Shown here: one piece after another, positions 1 through 8,079 of the stretch
How positions within the stretch are numbered: the first letter of the stretch is position 1
Layout: each line of letters begins with the position of its first letter
From: Candidatus Hydrogenedentota bacterium
GTDB taxonomy: Bacteria; Hydrogenedentota; Hydrogenedentia; Hydrogenedentales; SLHB01
Assembly (NCBI GenBank): GCA_045863295.1
Contig: BTWA01000005.1
Location: 1 to 64,000 of the forward strand
Length of the DNA: 64,000 nucleotides
Direction of reading: 5' to 3'
Notes under the pieces: model-generated
Seen by the model: the letters and a program-made list of their open reading frames with translations, nothing else
Told to the model about the DNA's origin: nothing
Database searches by the model: none
Program-made: the position numbers and the translations under genes

Positions 1-276
1 CAATGACACCGCGGAGCTTTTCGGGAGTGGGTTTCCTAGCGGTAGCTCGGGAACGAGGGAAGGGAACAACTTCCCTAGCGTCTGCGGCCAATGCAGCAGA
101 TTTTCCCCAGTGAATAGGAAGGTCTTTTATGGAGTGCGGTGGCAAAGGCGCCAGCCGTCGACACCGCTATCACTGTCGAAGCCGGGACTTGTCTTCGTCT
201 TGGTACTCCCGGCAAGCTGGTGGTGACAGCGTTTCAGAGCCTGTCACGATCTGGATATCCATACGGGAGGCGCCCG

Positions 277-810
277 ATGCAAAAACCCATTGGAACTACA
301 GTGCTGGAAATCACTCTCGGCGACATCACCAAGGAATGCGTGGATGCCATTGTGAATGCGGCCAATCATACCTTACTGGGCGGCGGCGGGGTCGATGGCG
401 CCATTCATCGCGTGGGCGGGCCGTCTATTCTCGCGGAATGCCGTGCGCTGGGCGGTTGCGACACGGGCGACGCGAAAATTACCACCGGCGGCAATCTGCC
501 CGCGAAGTATGTGATTCACACCGTGGGCCCGGTGTACAAGACCGGCCTGCACGGTGAGCCGGAATTGCTCGCACGTTGCCACCGGCGAAGCCTCGACATC
601 GCGGCGGAACGCCGACTGAAGTCCATCGCCTTCCCCGCCATCAGTTGCGGGGTGTACGGGTACCCGGTGGCAGAGGCAAGCGTGATCGCCATCGCTTCAG
701 TGGCGGATTGGCTGCGGCAAAATGACAACGCGTTGGAGCTTGTGCGCTTTGTGACGTTCGGGCAGGAAACGTATCAAGCATTCCTGGCGGCTCTGGAGTC
801 GTTGAAGTAG
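277..810 (+). CDS. ymdB: Macro-domain protein (O-acetyl-ADP-ribose deacetylase, YmdB-like)
   Basis: Motifs GDIT, DAIVNAAN, GGGGVDGAIH, VIHTVGP, FPAISCGVYGYP; ATG at 277 preceded by GGGAGG. Confidence 0.92.
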   Translation: MQKPIGTTVLEITLGDITKECVDAIVNAANHTLLGGGGVDGAIHRVGGPSILAECRALGGCDTGDAKITTGGNLPAKYVIHTVGPVYKTGLHGEPELLARCHRRSLDIAAERRLKSIAFPAISCGVYGYPVAEASVIAIASVADWLRQNDNALELVRFVTFGQETYQAFLAALESLK

Positions 811-905
811 CAAAGTCGAGTAAAACGGTCGCATGTTTTTCTTGCATCGCCTACAAATGTAGGCTATTCTGATCCGTGGCAGGCGGCTGCCGTGGAGGAA
901 GTAGT

Positions 906-1295
906 ATGAATGCGTTGCGCAAGCCCGCTCGAATTTCAATCCTCGTTTTGTATGCACTCCTGGCGCTCCCCGTGCTGCCCATACTCGGCATGACCGTAAA
1001 GGCCCTCTTTTGGCTCGTGCCCATCGATATGTTCGTGCGCGCGGTACCGCTGTATCTGACGTTTCTGCTGGATCGGCAATTCGGCGACGGAGGCGAAGTT
1101 ACCGCGGAGTGGATGCCGTTCTGGGTGATCGGCACCGCTGTGATGCTCTGGCCGATGATTGCATTGGGAGTGCGGCCTGGATGGTGGCAATTTCGCGCGA
1201 TGCGCCGCGCCGTCGCAGGCTACTCGGCATCCGCCTTTGCAGTAACGTGCGCGTCTGCCTACTGGGTGTTCACGCACATGGGCGTCTTCTTCTGA
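906..1295 (+). CDS. Hypothetical membrane protein (about 3 TM segments)
   Basis: GGAGGA RBS before ATG 906; three hydrophobic stretches. Confidence 0.65.
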   Translation: MNALRKPARISILVLYALLALPVLPILGMTVKALFWLVPIDMFVRAVPLYLTFLLDRQFGDGGEVTAEWMPFWVIGTAVMLWPMIALGVRPGWWQFRAMRRAVAGYSASAFAVTCASAYWVFTHMGVFF

Positions 1296-1296
1296 G

Positions 1297-1992
1297 TCAC
1301 TCCGGGCACGAATGACTCCGGCCCGCCCAGCGGCCCGGATCTTCCGTCAGCACGCCGCTCTTGAGCGTCGCCGTCCGGTGAGCAATCATGTCGAGGAACG
1401 GCCGGTTGTGCGATACGATGATCATGGCCTGCGGCAAGGAGCGTAACGTGCTCACCAGCCGCATCTCATGCGATTCGTCGAGCGCAGTGGTGGGCTCGTC
1501 GAGCAGCAGCAAGTCGGGTTCCATGGCCAGTATCGTGGCCAACGCTACGCGCCGCTTTTCGCCGTGGGAAAGCTTGTACGTGATGCGGTCTTCGTATCCC
1601 GCGAGATCGAGCTGCTCCAACGTCGATTGGACGACGGCTTTCGTCTCGTCCGGAGACTTGCCAAGATTGATGGGGCCGAACGCAACATCCTCGTACACCG
1701 TCGGACAGAAGAGCTGATCGTCGCTGTCTTGAAAGAGCAGCCCAGCGCGCCGCCGGACATCGCGAAAGTCCGCTTCGCGTTGGCGCACCGCCCCGAACGC
1801 GCGGATGGTTCCCGCGGTAGGCCTCAGCAGCCCCACAATCAATTGCAGGAGCGTCGTTTTACCGCTGCCGTTGGTGCCGATCAGACCAATGCGCTCGCCT
1901 GGTTGAACGGCGAGTGAGACTGCCTGAAGTACAGGCCGGTCCGCGTCATAGGCGAAGGAGAGGTTGTCCAACTCCAGTATGGGTTTGGTCAT
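1297..1992 (-). CDS. cbiO: ECF Ni/Co transporter ATPase (NikO/CbiO)
   Basis: Walker A GTNGSGKT, LSHGEKRR signature, LLLDEP; ATG 1992 overlaps upstream stop (ATGA). Confidence 0.92.
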   Translation of the reverse strand: MTKPILELDNLSFAYDADRPVLQAVSLAVQPGERIGLIGTNGSGKTTLLQLIVGLLRPTAGTIRAFGAVRQREADFRDVRRRAGLLFQDSDDQLFCPTVYEDVAFGPINLGKSPDETKAVVQSTLEQLDLAGYEDRITYKLSHGEKRRVALATILAMEPDLLLLDEPTTALDESHEMRLVSTLRSLPQAMIIVSHNRPFLDMIAHRTATLKSGVLTEDPGRWAGRSHSCPE

Positions 1993-2738
1993 GTCCAGTC
2001 CGCCCACAACAACGTTCCCGTCACCGCAATGATCGTCGTGGTGAACAGCCAGTCGGCCCGTCGCATTGTGTATGGCCGCACCGGACGGAAGTGCCCGTTG
2101 AATCCACGGCATTTCATCGCGTTGGTAATGCGTTCGGAGCGGTCCAGCGCGCGCACGAGCAGCATGCCCACGAGGTACCCCAGGGTGCGAAAGGTGTGCC
2201 GGGACAAGGACGGTCGAAACGCCCGGAGCCGCATCGCGCGCCGAAGCTGCGCATATTCGACACCCAACACCGCCATGTAGCGCACGGTAAACAACAGCAG
2301 CCGAGTCAGTTTCGCGGACACCCCCAACTGTTCGAGGGCATGACCCAGACTGACCGGATCGAGCGTGGCCAACAGGACCGTAATCCACATCAGGATCGCG
2401 TTTCCCTTGACGGCCACGCGAATGGCTTCCTGCAATCCCTCGCGGGAGTAGGGCCACCCGCCGAGTGAGAACAACGGATCGCCCGGTTCCATCAACGGCA
2501 TCAACAGTACCAGCACGCCCATGAATACGTTGAGCCCGGCAAACCGGCGAATCGTGGATGGCGACACCGCGCCGGCCGAAAAGGCAATGGCGATGGCCAA
2601 TGCAACAAACACGGATAAGTATAAGTAGGAGTCCATCGCCAACACGGCCACGGATATTATGGCGGCGCAGGCGACGCGCGATCGCGGGTCGCGCCGGTGC
2701 AGCCAGGAATCGCGCCGTGTGAGTCCCGCATCGATCAC
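1989..2738 (-). CDS. cbiQ: ECF Ni/Co transporter T component (NikQ/CbiQ)
   Basis: DPR N-terminal motif, AMRLRAF and AMKCRGF motifs, TM helices. Confidence 0.92.
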   Translation of the reverse strand: MIDAGLTRRDSWLHRRDPRSRVACAAIISVAVLAMDSYLYLSVFVALAIAIAFSAGAVSPSTIRRFAGLNVFMGVLVLLMPLMEPGDPLFSLGGWPYSREGLQEAIRVAVKGNAILMWITVLLATLDPVSLGHALEQLGVSAKLTRLLLFTVRYMAVLGVEYAQLRRAMRLRAFRPSLSRHTFRTLGYLVGMLLVRALDRSERITNAMKCRGFNGHFRPVRPYTMRRADWLFTTTIIAVTGTLLWADWT

Positions 2739-3313
2739 GAGGGCGTGCCCTTACCCGAGCGGGACTTCAACCAAAAGACCAACGCCAGGAGCCCGGCAAT
2801 GTATCCAATGCCGCCGATTACATCGTGCAACCGAACCGCATGCTGATACGCGTCGATCTGTTTTCGCAAAGGCGCGATCTGGCGGCTCACCGCTTCCTCC
2901 ACCCGTTTCTCCACGCCGGCGGATTCCGGATCGTCCAGCGTTTCGAGGGGGGTGGTTTCCGCGGGCAACGGGGTATCCTTCGCGGGATTCTCCGCAAGGC
3001 CCGCCAACTCTGTTGCCGGAAGGGTGAACGAGGCCGCATGTCCATCGGGCAGTTCCAACGAGAAATAGTGGTCCACATGCAGTTCGGGGGAATACCGAAA
3101 TTCACCTTGTCCATCCGTTTCGACTTCGCCCAACGGATCGCCCGCTGCTGTCTTTACGGTAACCGGCGTATTCGCCACGGGCTTGCCGTCGGAAAAATAC
3201 GCGTATCCGTGAATGACATCGCCTTCCGCCGTGGCAAACAGATTTACACCATGGGCATGGGCCGTGCATAGGAGGAACAAGGAAATGGATACAAACATAA
3301 CCACGCGCATCAT
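2735..3313 (-). CDS. Ni/Co ECF accessory protein (NikL/CbiL-like)
   Basis: Signal peptide ending AHA-H, C-terminal RLHDVIGGIGYIAG TM; located between M and Q genes. Confidence 0.8.
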   Translation of the reverse strand: MMRVVMFVSISLFLLCTAHAHGVNLFATAEGDVIHGYAYFSDGKPVANTPVTVKTAAGDPLGEVETDGQGEFRYSPELHVDHYFSLELPDGHAASFTLPATELAGLAENPAKDTPLPAETTPLETLDDPESAGVEKRVEEAVSRQIAPLRKQIDAYQHAVRLHDVIGGIGYIAGLLALVFWLKSRSGKGTPS

Positions 3314-3954
3314 GGCTTTACCACGGCTTCAATCGGATGAGGTACGATTTCGCGGCGATATTCAAACGTCTCCGGACGTACCCGCCGCAGAAAGCTCACG
3401 GCCGACCCGGTTACAAATCCCTCGACGATCATCACGGGCACATGCGCGGCAATCGCATAGCCCGCGACAAGCGCAAAGCTGCGCCCAGACAGCATTAGTG
3501 CGAGGGCTTGCAACAGCGCCGCGGCGGCAATCGAGCCAAACCCCGCGCCAAATCCCAAGGCAAATGCGCGGCCCGGCGAGCCTCTGCGAATGGACGGCAA
3601 TAACCCTGCGTGGCATAGCGCGCCGGGAAGCGCCATGATCACCGTATTGACTCCCAAGGCCGTTATGCCGCCGAATCCAAACAAGATGGCTTGCAGCAGC
3701 AGCCCGATTGCGATCGCGGGAAATACCGCCCAGCCCAACAGCAATCCCGTCAAACCGTTCAGTACGAGATGAACGGACGTGAATCCCAGCGGAACGTGGA
3801 TCAAGGAAGCCACAAAGAAGGCGGACGTCAACACGGCGGTCTTCACAAACGCTTCTTCGTCGAGCTTGCGAAGACCCACAACAACGCCCAACCCTGCCGC
3901 GGCCGTTCCCCCGGCCAATACGGGGGCTGTCAAAACACCGTCCGGGATATGCAC
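3310..3954 (-). CDS. cbiM: ECF Ni/Co substrate-binding S component (NikM/CbiM)
   Basis: N-terminal MHIPDG metal-binding motif, SVHLVLNGL, multiple TMs. Confidence 0.93.
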   Translation of the reverse strand: MHIPDGVLTAPVLAGGTAAAGLGVVVGLRKLDEEAFVKTAVLTSAFFVASLIHVPLGFTSVHLVLNGLTGLLLGWAVFPAIAIGLLLQAILFGFGGITALGVNTVIMALPGALCHAGLLPSIRRGSPGRAFALGFGAGFGSIAAAALLQALALMLSGRSFALVAGYAIAAHVPVMIVEGFVTGSAVSFLRRVRPETFEYRREIVPHPIEAVVKP

Positions 3955-3958
3955 CGGT

Positions 3959-4744
3959 TTACTTGCCTTTCGTCACCGGGTGCGCGCGTACCCACAAGGC
4001 CGCACCCATTTCCAAATCCATTTCATTTCCATCCGGGGACTTCATTTTGGTGTCGCCGTCCACCAGTGCCGCGAAGCCCCACCAGCCGTCCCACGGAATG
4101 CCAAAGGTGAACACGCCGTTGGAATCCGACTTCAACACTTGCGTTACGTGCGCATCCGTTGGAGCCGTCGCATCGCCCTCGGCGTTGTAATACTCTACTT
4201 CGACATGCGCCTCCGGTACCGGTTGGCCTTCCTTCATCACCACCGCCTGGAACACGTTGCCTGCCCAAACTCCATAAGGCCGGGTCAACGGCTTCAATTC
4301 CACGGGAAACCCAACCAGATCATCCCAGCCTGACCAGGATCCATAGGCATCCACTATCACTTTCGTGAAATGCTGAATGTAGGTTTCCTCGGCGGCCTCG
4401 AGATACGGTTCGGGTTCGATATAAAACACATGAGCCCCCGGCCGGTTTACTTTGTACGAAGCCGTAAACGCGCCTTTCCCACCGCGGTCGGCGGGCTTCA
4501 ATGCACTGGATAGGTCCGTCTTCTCTCCGCGCACCATCACGCCGAATTGACGGGGCTGACCCATATCCATGACCGGTCCCCCATCCATCGGATGCGTAAA
4601 CACAATTTCAAAATCGATATCCGGTCCGGTCTTCTCGGATACCGCATCAGTGGATGGCATAAGGACCTGAAAATGGGCGGCTGCCATGGGGGCCATCACG
4701 ACCGATCCCACGATAATCCCCCATCCTGCAACGAATCGCATCAT
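3959..4744 (-). CDS. DUF4198 periplasmic protein (NikK-like)
   Basis: Signal peptide then HFQVLMP; FTHP, PLTRPYG, GWWGFAAL motifs; GGAGAGGAG RBS. Confidence 0.85.
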   Translation of the reverse strand: MMRFVAGWGIIVGSVVMAPMAAAHFQVLMPSTDAVSEKTGPDIDFEIVFTHPMDGGPVMDMGQPRQFGVMVRGEKTDLSSALKPADRGGKGAFTASYKVNRPGAHVFYIEPEPYLEAAEETYIQHFTKVIVDAYGSWSGWDDLVGFPVELKPLTRPYGVWAGNVFQAVVMKEGQPVPEAHVEVEYYNAEGDATAPTDAHVTQVLKSDSNGVFTFGIPWDGWWGFAALVDGDTKMKSPDGNEMDLEMGAALWVRAHPVTKGK

Positions 4745-4844
4745 GAGCAACGATACTCCTCTCCATGTTCGATTGTCCGATCGGGCATGGTAGCGGTCCT
4801 TTGAATTGGGCGCAAGAAAAAGGGGGATTGCACGTTCGCAAGGG

Positions 4845-4874
4845 TTGACATGGCGGCACAGACGTGCTTAAATA
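4845..4874 (+). promoter_or_regulatory. Putative sigma70 promoter of lexA
   Basis: TTGACA at 4845-4850, AT-rich -10-like TTAAAT/TAAATA 17-18 bp downstream. Confidence 0.6.
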
Positions 4875-4877
4875 TAC

Positions 4878-4893
4878 CTGAAAACAGTTTCAG
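4878..4893. promoter_or_regulatory. Candidate LexA operator (SOS box) CTGAAA-ACAG-TTTCAG
   Basis: Perfect 6-bp inverted repeat with 4-bp spacer just downstream of the lexA -10; resembles the Myxococcus-type box. Confidence 0.7.
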
Positions 4894-4912
4894 CAACTGG
4901 AGATTGCCCCCA

Positions 4913-5530
4913 ATGGCCAAAGGGTTGACCCGCCGGCAGACCGCCATCCTCGAGTTTATCATCGAATGCATCCGCGACAACGGAATGCCACCCACCATTG
5001 CCGAGATTGGAGAACACTTCGGCATCGTCTCCACCAACGGCGTCAATGACCATTTGGTCGCCCTGGAAAAGAAAGGCTATATCAACCGGACCTCCAAGGC
5101 GCGGTCGATTCAAGTGACCGACCAGGCTGTGGTGGGTCTCTACCGGAGCGAAGTGGGCACCCTGCCGCTGGTGGGCCGGATTGCCGCCGGTTTTCCCATT
5201 CTGGCGCAAGAGAACATTGAAGGACATGTGCCGGTTTCGACCTCGATCGTGAAGCCGGGGGCGTATTGCCTGAAGGTTCAGGGAGACAGCATGATCGAAG
5301 ACGGGATCTTCGATGGCGACACGCTGGTGGTGCATCCGATTTCCGAACCGTCCAAAGGCGATATTGTGGTCGCCCTCATGGAAGACGAGGCGACGGTGAA
5401 GCGCTTCTACCGTCGCGGCGACATGGTCGAGTTGCGGCCGGCAAACCGGGCCATGCAGTCCATTCTGGTCCCCGCGCATATGATTCAGATCCAGGGGAAA
5501 GTGGTCGCGCTGCAGCGTTCGCTGATCTAA
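4913..5530 (+). CDS. lexA: LexA SOS repressor
   Basis: wHTH (PPTIAEIG..STNGVNDHL), Ala-Gly cleavage site GRIAAG, catalytic GDSM and TVKR. Confidence 0.97.
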   Translation: MAKGLTRRQTAILEFIIECIRDNGMPPTIAEIGEHFGIVSTNGVNDHLVALEKKGYINRTSKARSIQVTDQAVVGLYRSEVGTLPLVGRIAAGFPILAQENIEGHVPVSTSIVKPGAYCLKVQGDSMIEDGIFDGDTLVVHPISEPSKGDIVVALMEDEATVKRFYRRGDMVELRPANRAMQSILVPAHMIQIQGKVVALQRSLI

Positions 5531-5539
5531 AGAGTGGTT

Positions 5540-5555
5540 CGGCACGGGAGTTGCC
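5540..5555 (+). promoter_or_regulatory. Putative sigma54 (-24/-12) promoter
   Basis: CGGCACGGGAGTTGCC matches GGCAC-N5-TTGC, about 45 bp before the DUF2892 gene. Confidence 0.5.
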
Positions 5556-5598
5556 CCTGTAATGCGGGAATGGAAACCCGATTACAGGAGATTCCGAA

Positions 5599-5820
5599 AT
5601 GACTGTTGAGCGTGCGCTTCGTTTGGCGGCGGGTCTGGTAACGTTGTTGTCTCTGGGGTTGGCTGTGTTTGTTCATCCCGGATGGCTTTGGCTGACTGCA
5701 TTTGTAGGCGCCAATCTGCTGCAATCGGCCTTTACCAACTGGTGTCCCGCCAAGACGCTCTTTGAGAAACTTGGCCTGCCTTCTTGCGACTCGGCATCGC
5801 GCAGGCAATCTCAATTGTAG
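5599..5820 (+). CDS. DUF2892 (YgaP-like) small membrane protein
   Basis: ERALRLAAG...FVGANLLQSAFTNWCP motif; AGGAG RBS. Confidence 0.88.
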   Translation: MTVERALRLAAGLVTLLSLGLAVFVHPGWLWLTAFVGANLLQSAFTNWCPAKTLFEKLGLPSCDSASRRQSQL

Positions 5821-5917
5821 CGTTCGCGCAACGTTGCGTAACACCCCTGAAGTGCGTGCGCAAATTCGTTTTCCGGCTTGGCCGGCTGGAAAGTCCACAC
5901 AATTGCCTAAACTTTTT

Positions 5918-5933
5918 TGGCATTCCCCATGCA
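5918..5933 (+). promoter_or_regulatory. Putative sigma54 promoter
   Basis: TGGCATTCCCCATGCA (GG-N10-GC); palindrome CGCAACGTTGCG about 85 bp upstream as possible enhancer. Confidence 0.45.
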
Positions 5934-5972
5934 TTCCCCGCAAGTGGAATTAGCGTTCCCCCCGGAGAGAAC

Positions 5973-6338
5973 GTGTTGAACAGCCCAATCCAAACCTGGT
6001 CCCAATCGGATTTCCGTGCCCGGATTGGCGACGGGATTGTGCTGGTGGAGTTCTTCGCCGTCTGGTGTACCCACAGCGAGGCCCAACGCACCATTCTGAA
6101 TCGCATTGCAGCCGGTACCCACTGGGGCGTGATCGTTGCGCGTGTGGATGTGGAGGCTGCTCCCGCGATCGCCGCGCAGCACGCGGTACGCGACGTGCCT
6201 ACATTGGTACTTTTCGTGGATGGGGTTGAACATGACCGCCTGATCGGTCTTCAATCCGAGAGGACCCTTCGACACTTCCTTGGGGACTTTGCCTCCGAAT
6301 CGTTTGGCACTTACGACAGGTGTCCCGGCAACCAGTAA
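5973..6338 (+). CDS. Thioredoxin-like protein with CxxS active site
   Basis: VLVEFFAVWCTHS, VDVE, VPTLVLF thioredoxin fold; GTG 5973 after GGAGAG. Confidence 0.8.
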   Translation: MLNSPIQTWSQSDFRARIGDGIVLVEFFAVWCTHSEAQRTILNRIAAGTHWGVIVARVDVEAAPAIAAQHAVRDVPTLVLFVDGVEHDRLIGLQSERTLRHFLGDFASESFGTYDRCPGNQ

Positions 6339-6916
6339 TCGGACACGATTTCCTTGAGGGCGAAGGGTAGTATCCACAGAAAGCAATGAAGTTCCGCCAC
6401 GATGCTGGCCTTCAGGTATTGGCGTGCGCTGAGCGTCTTTACAAACGGCCGTAGCGGCAAGCGCGGAATCCATCGAGGCACACGCGCCAAAAATTGCCGG
6501 TAAGGGTCGCCATATTTTTCCGTAAGATGCTGCTCCTCGTAACGCACTACCAGGGAATACACCAAGGCGATCCAAGCCAGCAGTACCGGCATGAACCAGA
6601 GCAGTTCCGACATTATGCACAGCGACATCAGGATAAGGGTATTGCCGATATATATTGGATTGCGTACGTAGGCATAAGGGCCGGTTTCGGTGAGTTCCTT
6701 GCGGACGCGCAACCGGTAATGGAGATGTGTTTGCGCCCAGATTCGCAGTGCCAGTCCACACAGGAAGACCGCAAATCCTAGAGGCCAAACGATGTAATCT
6801 TGTTCAAATTCGTACGAAAAGCAAAGGGCCATTAAAAGGACGGGAGGAACCATAAGGAGGCCGCGAATTTCGAACACCTGACGCAGCAAGGGTTTCCGTG
6901 AAGGACGGGGAGGCAT
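6311..6916 (-). CDS. Isoprenylcysteine carboxylmethyltransferase/PEMT family membrane protein
   Basis: GPYAYVRNPIYIG, EEQHL..KYG.PYR...VPRWIP motifs; AGGAG RBS before ATG 6916. Confidence 0.88.
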   Translation of the reverse strand: MPPRPSRKPLLRQVFEIRGLLMVPPVLLMALCFSYEFEQDYIVWPLGFAVFLCGLALRIWAQTHLHYRLRVRKELTETGPYAYVRNPIYIGNTLILMSLCIMSELLWFMPVLLAWIALVYSLVVRYEEQHLTEKYGDPYRQFLARVPRWIPRLPLRPFVKTLSARQYLKASIVAELHCFLWILPFALKEIVSDYWLPGHLS

Positions 6917-7087
6917 TTGGTGTACTCCTGTGTGGCGGCTACTGCGATTGGGTCGTTCATCACAGGACGACAAATCATCCGCCACATTCAATTCTACCAC
7001 CGATTTCGTTATTCCATGGGCAAGACCCAATCGGTTCGCGTGTGCTACATTGTCACAAACGTGTCTTAAACGAACGGGAGCTGGATC

Positions 7088-7969
7088 ATGCGCACGATTG
7101 CGTCGTTCACCATTGTGTTGTTGCTCGTTGCCACTGCCGCCTGGGCGCAGGACGAACCGTACACGTCCGATCGGACGCTGTACGGTATCGCCGATGGTGT
7201 GGGTTTGATTGCGGATATACACGTGCCCAAGGGCGACAAAAACGGGCTTGCGGTAATCGATGTAATCAGCGGCGCGTGGTATTCGGACGAGGGCAAGGTG
7301 CGTGACCACAAGCGCGCCGGTTTTTACGATGTGCTTTGTTCGCGGGGTTACACGGTATTCGGCATCTGGCCGGGATCGCGGACGAAGTTCACGGCCGAAG
7401 AGATGGTGGCCCATTTGAAGACGGGAATTCGTTGGGTGAAGTCGAAAGCGCCGGCATACGGTTGCGATGCTGAACGCATTGGGCTTACCGGCGCATCCGC
7501 GGGTGGACACCTTGCGTGCCTTACCTCTCTGCAACCCGAACCCGAGAAGGCAGATGACAAGAACGAGTTAATGAAGTTCAGCACGGACGTAAAAGCCGTG
7601 GCGGTGTTTTTCCCGCCCGCCGATTTTGTGGAGTGGGTGCCGGGAACCCCGAGCGATCTATCGCGATTTGAGGACGTATTGTTTGGAGAGTCCATGGCGG
7701 GCAAGTCACCCGAGGAAATCCAGGCCAAGGCGAGGGCGATTTCGCCCGCGCTGCTGCCGATTCAATCGCCGCCTCCGTTTCTGTTGATTCATGGCGACGC
7801 CGACGACATGGTGCCGTTGTCGCATTCCGAACGGATGTTGGCCGCATTGAAGGCCGCGGGTGGCGAGGCGGAACTCATCGTGAAACCCGGCGGCGGCCAT
7901 CCGTGGCTGACGATTAACGAAGAAGTGGTGAAGCTGGTGGATTGGTTGGATGCGCATTTGAAGAAGTAG
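7088..7969 (+). CDS. Secreted alpha/beta hydrolase (esterase/lipase)
   Basis: Signal peptide, GASAGGH nucleophile elbow, HGDADDMV, GGGH. Confidence 0.9.
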   Translation: MRTIASFTIVLLLVATAAWAQDEPYTSDRTLYGIADGVGLIADIHVPKGDKNGLAVIDVISGAWYSDEGKVRDHKRAGFYDVLCSRGYTVFGIWPGSRTKFTAEEMVAHLKTGIRWVKSKAPAYGCDAERIGLTGASAGGHLACLTSLQPEPEKADDKNELMKFSTDVKAVAVFFPPADFVEWVPGTPSDLSRFEDVLFGESMAGKSPEEIQAKARAISPALLPIQSPPPFLLIHGDADDMVPLSHSERMLAALKAAGGEAELIVKPGGGHPWLTINEEVVKLVDWLDAHLKK

Positions 7970-8031
7970 ACTTGACGCCGCAGAAATTCATCCATACTTC
8001 CTGCAGGCTTCGGGATTAGACGATTATTGAG

Positions 8032-8064
8032 AGGCCCCGGACACGCGTCTCGTGTCCGGGGCCT
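8032..8064. terminator. GC-rich hairpin between convergent genes
   Basis: 14-bp perfect stem AGGCCCCGGACACG / CGTGTCCGGGGCCT, 5-nt loop; no clear U-tract. Confidence 0.65.
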
Positions 8065-8079
8065 GTCCAATTCTAACCC

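Noticed and set aside
4745..4912. Cobalamin riboswitch upstream of the ECF operon
   Set aside because: Leader too short and no B12-box recognised
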